A stretch of DNA of 64,000 bases from an uncultured Acidobacteriota bacterium. Lineage in GTDB: Bacteria > Acidobacteriota > Terriglobia > UBA7540. Made by a program: the position numbers and the translations under genes. Numbering within the stretch: position 1 is the first letter of the stretch; every line of letters starts with the position of its first letter. The DNA lies in assembly GCA_963804995.1 (NCBI GenBank), contig CAWDSK010000005.1:928001-992000 (forward strand). Reading direction: 5' to 3'. Below, one piece after another: positions 34,376-42,225 of this stretch. The notes below the pieces were generated by a model. That model was given only the letters and a program-made list of their open reading frames with translations. It was not told the DNA's origin and did no database searches.

Positions 34376-34651
34376 CAGGGGAGAAGGTGGCTGACGTAGG
34401 AGGCCGGATGAGGGGTTACTTACACACTCAGGGCGTCGAAACAAGTTACAACCTATAAATTCAAAAACCATTAGCCCGGCGCTACGTCAAACTAGGACAC
34501 TACCGGGAATCTGTGAGGATTGTAGTAGGGTCTATCGGCCCCGAAGTGTCAAGGGCTATACACCACGGCCGGGCGCAGGCAGGGCAGAACTGAACTCAAG
34601 CTCGACCAGACTTCCTCCGGACGCCGCGGATTCAGCGGAACTCCATCTCGA

Positions 34652-36070
34652 CTAAACTTCTTCTGGAACGACATACGGCGCGCGATAGGTGCCTCGCAGC
34701 ATTTTATTAGCTTCCTCGTCGCCGATGACCTGTTCAGTTTCCGGATCAAACTTCAGCGTCCGTCCGAGGCGATACGAGGTATTAGCCAGATGGATTAGAG
34801 CGCAGGAGATATAGCCTTCCTCGATCGGAGCATTCTGTTCTTCCGGCTTCCGGCTGCGCACGCAATTGATAAAGTTCTGCCAATTATTTCCTTCCCGCGA
34901 GCTGCTGGGCCCGCGCTCCTGATCCTCACCGAGCCAGGTGCGATAGGACGGGAATTCCTCGTTGGACATGGCCATATAGCCCTTCGATCCGTAGAAGATA
35001 TTCCCGACGGAGCCGTTGACCCGGTAGCGTCGCGAGCGGGAAGGATTTCTGGGCGGAGGCCCGAGGAATCCCGGAATGTCGATTCCGAATCCCAGCGACC
35101 CGATGCCCGCCTCCTGATTGGTAATCCAGTGGCGCACTTCAAATTCCAGAATCTTGGGCTTGCCCCCGGGCTGATTGAATTCGAAGGCGGCGTTGAGAGT
35201 ATTGGGAACTTCCTGGTCGTCATCGAACATGAAGTGTCCGCCCATGGCCGAAATCTTGTTGGGGAATTTCACGCCCAGCCCCCAACGGGCCACATCGATC
35301 TGGTGGGCGCCCTGGTTGCCGATATCGCCGTTGCCGGTATCCCAGAACCAATGCCAATTGTAGTGGAACCGGTTACGCGTGAACTCGTGGAGGGGAGAGG
35401 GGCCGGTCCAGAGATCGTAGTTCACGCCCGCCGGAACGGGTTCAACCGGGGCGTGCCCGATGGTATCGCGATCGTTGAAGCAGAGGCCACGCGCCAGATA
35501 GACGTCGCCGATCAGCCCCTCGCGCAGTTTTTGGATGCCCTCGATCACGGCGCCGGCGGAGCGGTTATTGGTTCCATGCTGCACGATGCGGTTGTATTTC
35601 TTGGTAGCCCGAACCAGTTGCCGCCCTTCCCACAAATAATGGCAGCAGGGCTTTTCGATGTAGCAATCCTTGCCGGCCTGGCAGGCCCAGATGCCCATCA
35701 GGCTGTGCCAATGATTGGGTGTGCCGAGGGAAATGGCGTCGATCGAGGAGTCTTCGAGGAGTTTGCGGATGTCGACGTAGGTTTTGGGCGTTGGCAGGGC
35801 CATGAGGTCCATGTCCGCCAGGCGCCCGCGCATAATGTTATCATCCACATCGCACAAGGCCGCGACTTCCACATTCGGCATGCGCGAGTACTGCTCCACG
35901 GCCGTAAAACCCTGTCCACGCACCCCGACTACCCCGACGCGTACGCGGTCGTTCGCGCCAAAGACCCGTTGGGGTTCGGTAATAAAGCTGATTCCCGCGA
36001 AGGCCGCGGCGCCGGCGGCAGCGATTCCCTTCGTGATCTGGTCCGTCCCCTGCTTTTTTTCTCCTGACAT
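34652..36070 (-). CDS. Gfo/Idh/MocA oxidoreductase
   Basis: GANDRVRVGVVG, TPNHWH, AGKDCYIEKP, WHWFWDTGNGDIGNQGAH. Confidence 0.93.
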   Translation of the reverse strand: MSGEKKQGTDQITKGIAAAGAAAFAGISFITEPQRVFGANDRVRVGVVGVRGQGFTAVEQYSRMPNVEVAALCDVDDNIMRGRLADMDLMALPTPKTYVDIRKLLEDSSIDAISLGTPNHWHSLMGIWACQAGKDCYIEKPCCHYLWEGRQLVRATKKYNRIVQHGTNNRSAGAVIEGIQKLREGLIGDVYLARGLCFNDRDTIGHAPVEPVPAGVNYDLWTGPSPLHEFTRNRFHYNWHWFWDTGNGDIGNQGAHQIDVARWGLGVKFPNKISAMGGHFMFDDDQEVPNTLNAAFEFNQPGGKPKILEFEVRHWITNQEAGIGSLGFGIDIPGFLGPPPRNPSRSRRYRVNGSVGNIFYGSKGYMAMSNEEFPSYRTWLGEDQERGPSSSREGNNWQNFINCVRSRKPEEQNAPIEEGYISCALIHLANTSYRLGRTLKFDPETEQVIGDEEANKMLRGTYRAPYVVPEEV

Positions 36071-36214
36071 AATGCCTACCCTTCGTGATGGATGATATCG
36101 AACCGCCTTCTACACCTCGGCGTAAATGAGGAATACAAATTATGAACAAAGAAAGGGGATGTCAAGGGGATTAAATCCCTGGTAGTGATTCAATTTGAGG
36201 TGCCACGGGCGTCC

Positions 36215-36342
36215 GAAGGTGTAAAAAAATACCATTTTCACCGCTGAGACGCTGAGACGCAGAGAAATGACCCTTTGTTTTCAAACCTCTGCGCCTCCGC
36301 GTCTCCGCAGTAAAAGGTTTGATGGGATTTTTTCACAGCTTC
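36215..36342. mobile_element. Small MITE inserted at a REP hairpin apex
   Basis: Ends GAAGGTGTAAAAAAAT / ATTTTTTCACAGCTTC with a TCC duplication inside CACGGGCGTCC|CGCCCGTG. Confidence 0.75.
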
Positions 36343-36384
36343 TCCCGCCCGTGTCCAGTCACGGCCAAGACCCCGATGGATCGG

Positions 36385-37200
36385 GGCAGGTCGGTTGGGG
36401 GATTGGGCCATCGGTCCATGGGTTCATCAGCACAAGGTGAAGATGCATAGCCCTCTCCGAGGGGAGAGGGTGGCGCGCTGCCGGCGCTTTTACCAGCCGG
36501 GGCGCGCCGGGTGAGGGGGCAAGCGGTTAGTTCCGGGGTACTCAATTTGCCTCATCCTTGGCGTCGATTCCACCGATAACCGAAGTGGGGCAGTGTGGCA
36601 CGGCGGGGGCAGGTGTCGGTTTGGGGATCGGAGCGTCGGCTCATCGATCCCTCGATTCGTCGGCTGATCCGCTCATCGAGTCATGGCGTGATCTCGCGAT
36701 CTGGCGATTGCGTGATTGTGAACCCACTGCCGATTTTTGGGCTCATGTCCCCGTGCCAACCTACCGATTACCGATACGGGGCAGTGTGTCACGGCGGGGT
36801 TAGGGGGACGAGGGGTTCGGGCTAGGGATTCGGAGTTCGGGATTCGGGGCGGGGCGAGAGGAGCTAGGAGGAGTCAGGAGCTAGGAGTTAGGAGTCAGTA
36901 GCCCAAACCCTAACCCTAACCCTAACCCTAACCCCTAGGCCCCCTGTCCCATCTGTCAGCTGTCGGCCGTTAGCTATCACTTGCCATCTGTCTGCTGTGA
37001 GCTGTCGGCTTGTAGCGCGGGTGTCCCCACCCGCGCTTTACGTGTCTCGTTGCCTCGGAGACGCGGGTGAGGACACCCGCGCTACAAGCGATCTGATAGC
37101 TGAGAGCTGAAAGCTGAAAGCTTTTCCTCAGCACCATGCCTCATCCCGATTGACCACATGCAGTTGCCGCTGGGGTATCGGGCAGAGAAGCCCCTCGCCC
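36385..37200 (+). repeat. Composite repeat block including (CCCTAA)4 and GTAG-REP unit 1 of the array
   Basis: Reverse complement of much of 23420-24790; REP doublet at 37012-37085 followed by a conserved tail. Confidence 0.8.
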
Positions 37201-37235
37201 TTGACTCGCCGTGCATACAAATGCATGCTCAGTAA

Positions 37236-37301
37236 ATGGAGATCGTCTGGGACCGCGCCAAAGCGAGGCAAAACGTGGCGAAGCACGGCGTGCGGTTTTA
37301 A
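37236..37301 (+). pseudogene. Truncated BrnT toxin (21 codons)
   Basis: MEIVWDRAKARQNVAKHGVRF then a stop; preceded by TTGACT-17 bp-CATGCT. Confidence 0.8.
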
Positions 37302-37303
37302 GC

Positions 37304-37558
37304 ATGAAAACCTACGAATTCAGTAAAGGAAAACGCGGACCGGTGCTGCCCGTGCCACCCGGCAAGGAACGCATCACCATTCGCCTGGACACCGACATTC
37401 TGGAATATTTCCGGGACGCGGTGGAGAGCGCCGGGGGCGGTAATTATCAAACCTTGATCAACAACGCGCTGCGCGCCTATATCGAGGGTGGACAGAAGCC
37501 CTCAATCGAGGAAACGCTCCGGCGGGTGATCCGCGAGGAACTGCGGACCGCGCCCTGA
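37304..37558 (+). CDS. BrnA antitoxin
   Basis: YEFSKGKRG, ITIRLDTDILEYF, NYQTLINNALR. Confidence 0.88.
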   Translation: MKTYEFSKGKRGPVLPVPPGKERITIRLDTDILEYFRDAVESAGGGNYQTLINNALRAYIEGGQKPSIEETLRRVIREELRTAP

Positions 37559-37659
37559 GGGGGCGGGATTGGGGAGCTGGGGGCCGGGATACGGGGCTCG
37601 GGATACGGGATTTGGCGATCCTGAATCTAGAATCTCAAATCTGGAATCGAAACTCGGAA

Positions 37660-37930
37660 CTGGCTGTCGGCTGTGAGCTTGTAGCGCGGGTGTCCCCACC
37701 CGCGTCGAATCCGGGTGTTCCCACCCGCGCTTTACGTGTCTCGTCACCTCGAAGACGCGGGTGAGGACACCCGCGCTACAACCAATCTGATCGCTGAAAG
37801 CTTCTCTCCAGCACCATGCCTCAACCAGATTGACCACATGCGTTTGCCACGGGGTGCAGGGCATGAGAAAAGCCCCTGGTCACGACGCCACTGAACGTGG
37901 CTTTTAGCTACCCGCGTATTCCCTGTTTGC
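37660..37930 (+). repeat. GTAG-REP unit 2 of the array
   Basis: GTAGCGCGGGTGTCCCCACCCGCG..CGCGGGTGAGGACACCCGCGCTAC (37681-37779) plus the tail CAGCACCATGCCTCA..GATTGACCAC..GAAAAGCC. Confidence 0.85.
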
Positions 37931-37976
37931 GTGCTTAGCCAGTCTGCGATATCCTCTCGCCCCGAGACACGCTCCT

Positions 37977-38237
37977 ATGCCTGAGACCGACAAAATTCTC
38001 ATCCAGGTTTTGCGCGGACAGTCCGACGCCAACCTGCGCTTTGCGGACCTCAGAGGATTACTTCAGCGGCTGGGCTTCGTTGAGCGAATTCGCGGCAGTC
38101 ATCACATCTTCTGGAAAGAGGGCGTCGAAGAAATTCTAAACCTCCAGCCCAAGGGGGGCAAAGCCAAACCCTATCAGGTGAAGCAGGTCCGGCATGTTAT
38201 ACTCAAGTACAAGTTGGGAGGCGGTTTAGATGCCTAA
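37977..38237 (+). CDS. hicA: HicA family toxin
   Basis: LGFVERIRGSHHIF, KAKPYQVKQV. Confidence 0.9.
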   Translation: MPETDKILIQVLRGQSDANLRFADLRGLLQRLGFVERIRGSHHIFWKEGVEEILNLQPKGGKAKPYQVKQVRHVILKYKLGGGLDA

Positions 38238-38439
38238 GTACGAAGTCATCATCTATTGGAGCGAGGAGGACAAGGCCTTCATCGCCGAAGTGCCGGAACT
38301 TCCCGGCTGTGCGGCCGATGGCAAGACCTATCGGGAAGCCCTCGCCAACGTAGAAGTGGTCATCCAGGAATGGATCGAAACCGCCCAGGAACTCGGCCGC
38401 TCCGTCCCCGCCCCCAAGGGCCGATTGGTGTTTGCCTAA
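38230..38439 (+). CDS. hicB: HicB family antitoxin
   Basis: YWSEED, AEVPELPGCAADGKT. Confidence 0.9.
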   Translation: MPKYEVIIYWSEEDKAFIAEVPELPGCAADGKTYREALANVEVVIQEWIETAQELGRSVPAPKGRLVFA

Positions 38440-38620
38440 CTGGCCCGGTTGACTTTCAAATTGCTTCTTTCCGTTCTTGATAACTTAAAACTGACAACTA
38501 AAGACCTTTTTCTGCTGTCGGCTGGTAGCTTGTAGCGCGGGTGTCCCTACCCGCCCTTTACGTGTTTCGTCACCTCGAAGACGCGGGTGAGGACACCCGC
38601 GCCTGGAGTTTCTACATTTA

Positions 38621-40000
38621 TTATGCATCAGCGGCGTGGGTGAGGGCGCGGTCGGTGAGTTGGAAGCCCAGAGATTGGGGACATTCCGGGTGGTCGACCA
38701 TTTCTTGGCGCAGCAGGGTGACGAGGTCGAGGCAGGAAGGGCGGTGGGCCTTGCGTCGCCACCGGGGCAGAGCCTGATAGGCCGTGCCACGCTCGGTGCC
38801 GAAGGCTTGGAGAGAAGCCAGGAGCAGCGCGCTGTAGGCGGCCACGACCAGGGCAGGTTGCTTGGGCACGGCGTTAACGTTCCATAACTGGGCTTGTCCG
38901 ACACCCAGCGTCTCCTTCTCGTCGCGGTGGTTGACTTCGATCTGCCAGCGGTCGAAGTAGATTTGCAGCAACTGAGGGGCAGAGTGCCGCAGGTCGGTGG
39001 TCAGCAGGTAGGCCGGTTGACGGTAGTAGAGTCTGGAGCTCTTCCGTTTGCGATAGGGGGTAGGAGCCACGACGAAGAGCCGCAGGGGGATCTGGCCGGC
39101 GCCCCGACGCCAGTAGACTTGCGACACCTCTTTATAACGGAGGCGGCGGCGCTTGCCTCCGTAGAAGAGCTTGGTTTGCTGCCAGAGGTGGGACTCGTCC
39201 TGCCGGACCTGTTCGGGGGTAAAGGTGGAGAGGGCGTAAAAGCGGCGAGAAGGCTGGGGAGCGCGAAAGCCGAGGCGCGCATCCTTGCGGGCGCGGGCGA
39301 TCAACTCGGTGCGATCGCGGGGGGCGCGCAGACAGGTGCGGTTGCAGAAGCTGCCATCCAGAGCCAGCACCAGCAGCTTGGCCCCACCCCCGGCCGCATC
39401 CAGCGCCTGGCGCAAGGGGGCCACGCTCTGCACAAAACGCTGCGAGAGGTTGTGGAGCTTGCGCATCCTTTTATATTCCTGCCAGGCTTCCTCTTTCGCC
39501 TTGCGGGAGGGCTTTTTCAGCGGCGCCGCCTCTTCAAAGCGCACGGGCAGAGCGCGGCAGCTGGCGGGGGCGTACCGATGCAGGGGCAGCAGCAGGGAAG
39601 CTTGCAGAAAGCGCACGCCGCGCAGGAGGTTGACATGAAAGGGGGGCGAGAGGGGATCGCGGTGATAACGCGCCTGGGGAATGGCGCGGCCGGTCTTGCG
39701 CAGGCGGGTGTCGTCGACGGCCACGCCCACCAGGCGGCCGGGACAATAGGGCAAGGCGCGGCGCCAGACGCCGGCAAACAACGTCTGCGGTTCCCAGTGA
39801 CAACGCGAGTGGAGAAAGTATTCGCTCGACCAACTGCGCTGCTGGCGGCCCTGGGTCCAGAGGATACGCGAAAGACAGCGTCGACCCACGCAGACCAAGG
39901 CGCCCAGGGCCTGGCGCACGGCGCGCTGCAGGGTGCGCTGCTGGGGAAAAGTGGGGGCCCAGTCCGCCACGATCTCCGACCAGGCGGCGAACAGAGTCAT
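38621..40000 (-). CDS. DDE transposase (IS701-like)
   Basis: VAVDDT, LALDGSF, YFDRWQIEVNHRDEK. Confidence 0.88.
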   Translation of the reverse strand: MTLFAAWSEIVADWAPTFPQQRTLQRAVRQALGALVCVGRRCLSRILWTQGRQQRSWSSEYFLHSRCHWEPQTLFAGVWRRALPYCPGRLVGVAVDDTRLRKTGRAIPQARYHRDPLSPPFHVNLLRGVRFLQASLLLPLHRYAPASCRALPVRFEEAAPLKKPSRKAKEEAWQEYKRMRKLHNLSQRFVQSVAPLRQALDAAGGGAKLLVLALDGSFCNRTCLRAPRDRTELIARARKDARLGFRAPQPSRRFYALSTFTPEQVRQDESHLWQQTKLFYGGKRRRLRYKEVSQVYWRRGAGQIPLRLFVVAPTPYRKRKSSRLYYRQPAYLLTTDLRHSAPQLLQIYFDRWQIEVNHRDEKETLGVGQAQLWNVNAVPKQPALVVAAYSALLLASLQAFGTERGTAYQALPRWRRKAHRPSCLDLVTLLRQEMVDHPECPQSLGFQLTDRALTHAADA

Positions 40001-40332
40001 CGGGCCTCCGGACGTAAGCCGAAAGTGTTCTTCCCGGTACGCAGGAAGCGATCGCCGCGGGCGACTTTTTTGGTCAGCGAAGAGACCAGGCTCTCGCGAT
40101 CGACGGTGACGTAGAAGGCGGCGCGGAGGCGCGCCAGGAGTTCGGAAATGTGCAAGGGGGTACGGGCCTTCTTGAGTATGTCGTACGCCATGTCCACTTG
40201 GGACAGACCTGTGCGGCGCGGCCTCGGGGCGGGGGCTGGGGAACCGCCGCGGAGACGGCGAACCGCCCGCAACTGGGCATCCAGTGAGGCCTCGAATATC
40301 GAAAGAATGGAATCCTTGAGATCGTCAGGCAA
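39997..40332 (-). CDS. Small winged-helix accessory protein of the IS
   Basis: Lies inside the IRs, overlaps the transposase start; AYDILKKARTPLHISEL..FLRTGKNTFGL. Confidence 0.7.
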   Translation of the reverse strand: MPDDLKDSILSIFEASLDAQLRAVRRLRGGSPAPAPRPRRTGLSQVDMAYDILKKARTPLHISELLARLRAAFYVTVDRESLVSSLTKKVARGDRFLRTGKNTFGLRPEAR

Positions 40333-40605
40333 GTTAACCTCCGGAGCCAGGACTCAGGAGGAAGGTAACGGAAATCAGGTCGGTCTGTCAATAGAAATAT
40401 TACTTTGCCAGACCTAAATGTAGAAACTCCAGACGCGGGTGAGGACACCCGCGCTACAACCAATCTGATCGCTGAAAGCTTCTCTCCAGCACCATGCCTC
40501 ATCCAGATTGACCACCTGCGTTTGCCACGGGGGCATTGGCATAAGAAAAGCCTATAGTCACAACTATGCGGACGGTCGACCGCTAATCAATCTTTGCCGC
40601 GGAAT

Positions 40606-41574
40606 TCACCAGTGCTTGGGGTCGTCCTTGAACTCGCTGTCCTCTAATTTCCTCAGTTCCGAAAGGCTTCCCGCCGCTTGGGACTTGACCATCTTCCACA
40701 CCTCGGCAAAAGCCTGTCGTGATAGATTAAGTTTCATGCCATCGGACCAATTTACCCACGTCTTCGCACTGATACGGCCGCTCCGTCTCAGAAATACTTG
40801 CTCATTAGATAGGTCCAAATAGTGGTAGATTCCATCCATACACTTAGAGAATTCGTCTGGAGTCAACGTCTGGCCCAGGAGCGCCTTGACGGGGATAGTC
40901 TTAAGGATTTCTCTGTATTGGTGCGATAGCCCATCCTCGAAAGCGGTTATGCTCTGTCTCTTGCTCAGCCAAATTTGCCAGCCAACGAAAATAACGCCGA
41001 GCGCTGTTGCGCATGATCCAATTGCCTGCCAGTTCATGATAGTAATCCTCAACTTGTAATCGTGGCCGTGCGGATACGTTGCGCTCAAGGCCAGACAGGT
41101 CAAGCAAAGCCACGCGATAAAGAAGAGCGAGGGCACCAACCGCATCAACCAACGGTAACTCGGCCAATCCACCCGGTGGATCTTGTAAAGCTCCGCAGCG
41201 TTGTTGTCATATTTGCTCGCAAAGTTCCATTTCGGTAAATCGGATTTTGTGTTCGATGTGGAATCCGAGGTAAGCGATTCCTTTTCAATTTGTTGGATCG
41301 CCGCCCACCAATAGTCAATATAGGATTGTACCTTCTGGTCGTTTCTAATCCAGACTCCAGTCAGGGCAAGTCCAAATGCGCAGGCAATAATGCCAAGAAA
41401 GTTGTTGCAGCCATCTAGGATTACCTTGCCAACACCAAGTAGTAGGGCCGTCTCAAACGCAGCGAAATAGTTTGTTCGGTGCCAGCCAGAATCTACCTGG
41501 AATCGCCAAGTTTCAAACAACAGGCGATATATTCCCAACGTCTCGGTTCGGTTCCGTTCTTGATCGGGCGTCAT
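40606..41574 (-). CDS. Multi-TM membrane protein, apparently a fusion of two small domains
   Basis: N-terminal half W..RTNYF with TM helices (RipA/SLATT-like resemblance). C-terminal half begins MNWQAIGS with one TM and a helical domain (AFED..QYRE..YLDLSNEQ). Confidence 0.65.
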   Translation of the reverse strand: MTPDQERNRTETLGIYRLLFETWRFQVDSGWHRTNYFAAFETALLLGVGKVILDGCNNFLGIIACAFGLALTGVWIRNDQKVQSYIDYWWAAIQQIEKESLTSDSTSNTKSDLPKWNFASKYDNNAAELYKIHRVDWPSYRWLMRLVPSLFFIAWLCLTCLALSATYPHGHDYKLRITIMNWQAIGSCATALGVIFVGWQIWLSKRQSITAFEDGLSHQYREILKTIPVKALLGQTLTPDEFSKCMDGIYHYLDLSNEQVFLRRSGRISAKTWVNWSDGMKLNLSRQAFAEVWKMVKSQAAGSLSELRKLEDSEFKDDPKHW

Positions 41575-41590
41575 GCGGTATTCCTGCTTG

Positions 41591-42043
41591 CTAGTTATCC
41601 AACAACGCTCCACTATCAAATTCGCTTGAAGCCTTGCGGCGGGCTGCAACGAGCCGCGCCCTAAGATCCTCAGGAATCACTGCACAAACAAACTCAATTT
41701 CTTTTGGTACGCGGCCTCCTGCTACCTCCTTTTGGCACTGGTCGAACATGTCAGGCTCCGTAAGAACGATGACCCGGCGCTTTGCCTCGACCAAGGTCAA
41801 AAAGAGCATGTCGGATCGTAGCTTCAGGATCTTGCCGACGGCGTGCTTTCCTCCCGAAGTCTTGGCGCCACTGGTTGAGACAGTGGCGACGATGGAGCGG
41901 TCTTCGCTTACTGCGTCAAAATCAAAGACCCCACCAGATCGGAGCGGCAGGCGCTCCCGCGAGAACTTGGTTCCAAAGTGCGAAAGCATCCAGTTACGCC
42001 TTACCCAGTCTTCCACTTCAACTTGAACGCGGGTATCTGCCAT
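41591..42043 (-). CDS. Small restriction-endonuclease-fold-like protein
   Basis: VEDWVR..FDFDAVSED..IVATVSTS..K pattern resembles PD-(D/E)xK folds; family uncertain. Confidence 0.5.
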   Translation of the reverse strand: MADTRVQVEVEDWVRRNWMLSHFGTKFSRERLPLRSGGVFDFDAVSEDRSIVATVSTSGAKTSGGKHAVGKILKLRSDMLFLTLVEAKRRVIVLTEPDMFDQCQKEVAGGRVPKEIEFVCAVIPEDLRARLVAARRKASSEFDSGALLDN

Positions 42044-42225
42044 TTGTTGCCCCCTCTGGCTACCTCCTCCTCAGGATCGCAAGAACAATGCCGACCACGA
42101 TCAGTCAAATCAGAAATGAGAAATGCACACGGCCAGATTACGACTGACCGCGGCCGATTGCTGGAAGAGAGTCCCCTCGGGAGATCGCAGACGCTAAGAT
42201 GCAACCGTCTCGCCCGCCCGTTTGC

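Larger units (their letters stand above)
32443..34504. mobile_element. MITE (about 350 bp) interrupted by an IS1182-like element
   Basis: Perfect 17-bp terminal IRs GGTAGTGTCCTAGTTTG / CAAACTAGGACACTACC, flanked by the 8-bp direct repeat GGGAATCT (32435-32442, 34505-34512). Confidence 0.88.
38603..40432 (-). mobile_element. IS701/IS4-superfamily-like IS with two ORFs
   Basis: 18-bp IRs CTGGAGTTTCTACATTTA / TAAATGTAGAAACTCCAG; 22-bp flanking direct repeat. Confidence 0.88.
38510..40560 (+). repeat. GTAG-REP unit 3 of the array, split by an IS (38510-38602 and 40433-40560)
   Basis: Removing 38603-40454 restores a unit like those at 37012 and 37681. Confidence 0.85.

Noticed and set aside
36908..36931. 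Eukaryotic telomere contamination
   Set aside because: Only four units, embedded in a bacterial repeat block that has a homolog at 23.7 kb.
36960..40560. CRISPR array or classical integron
   Set aside because: Units are about 250 bp with gene-sized spacers; no cas or intI gene and no convincing attC core sites were seen.
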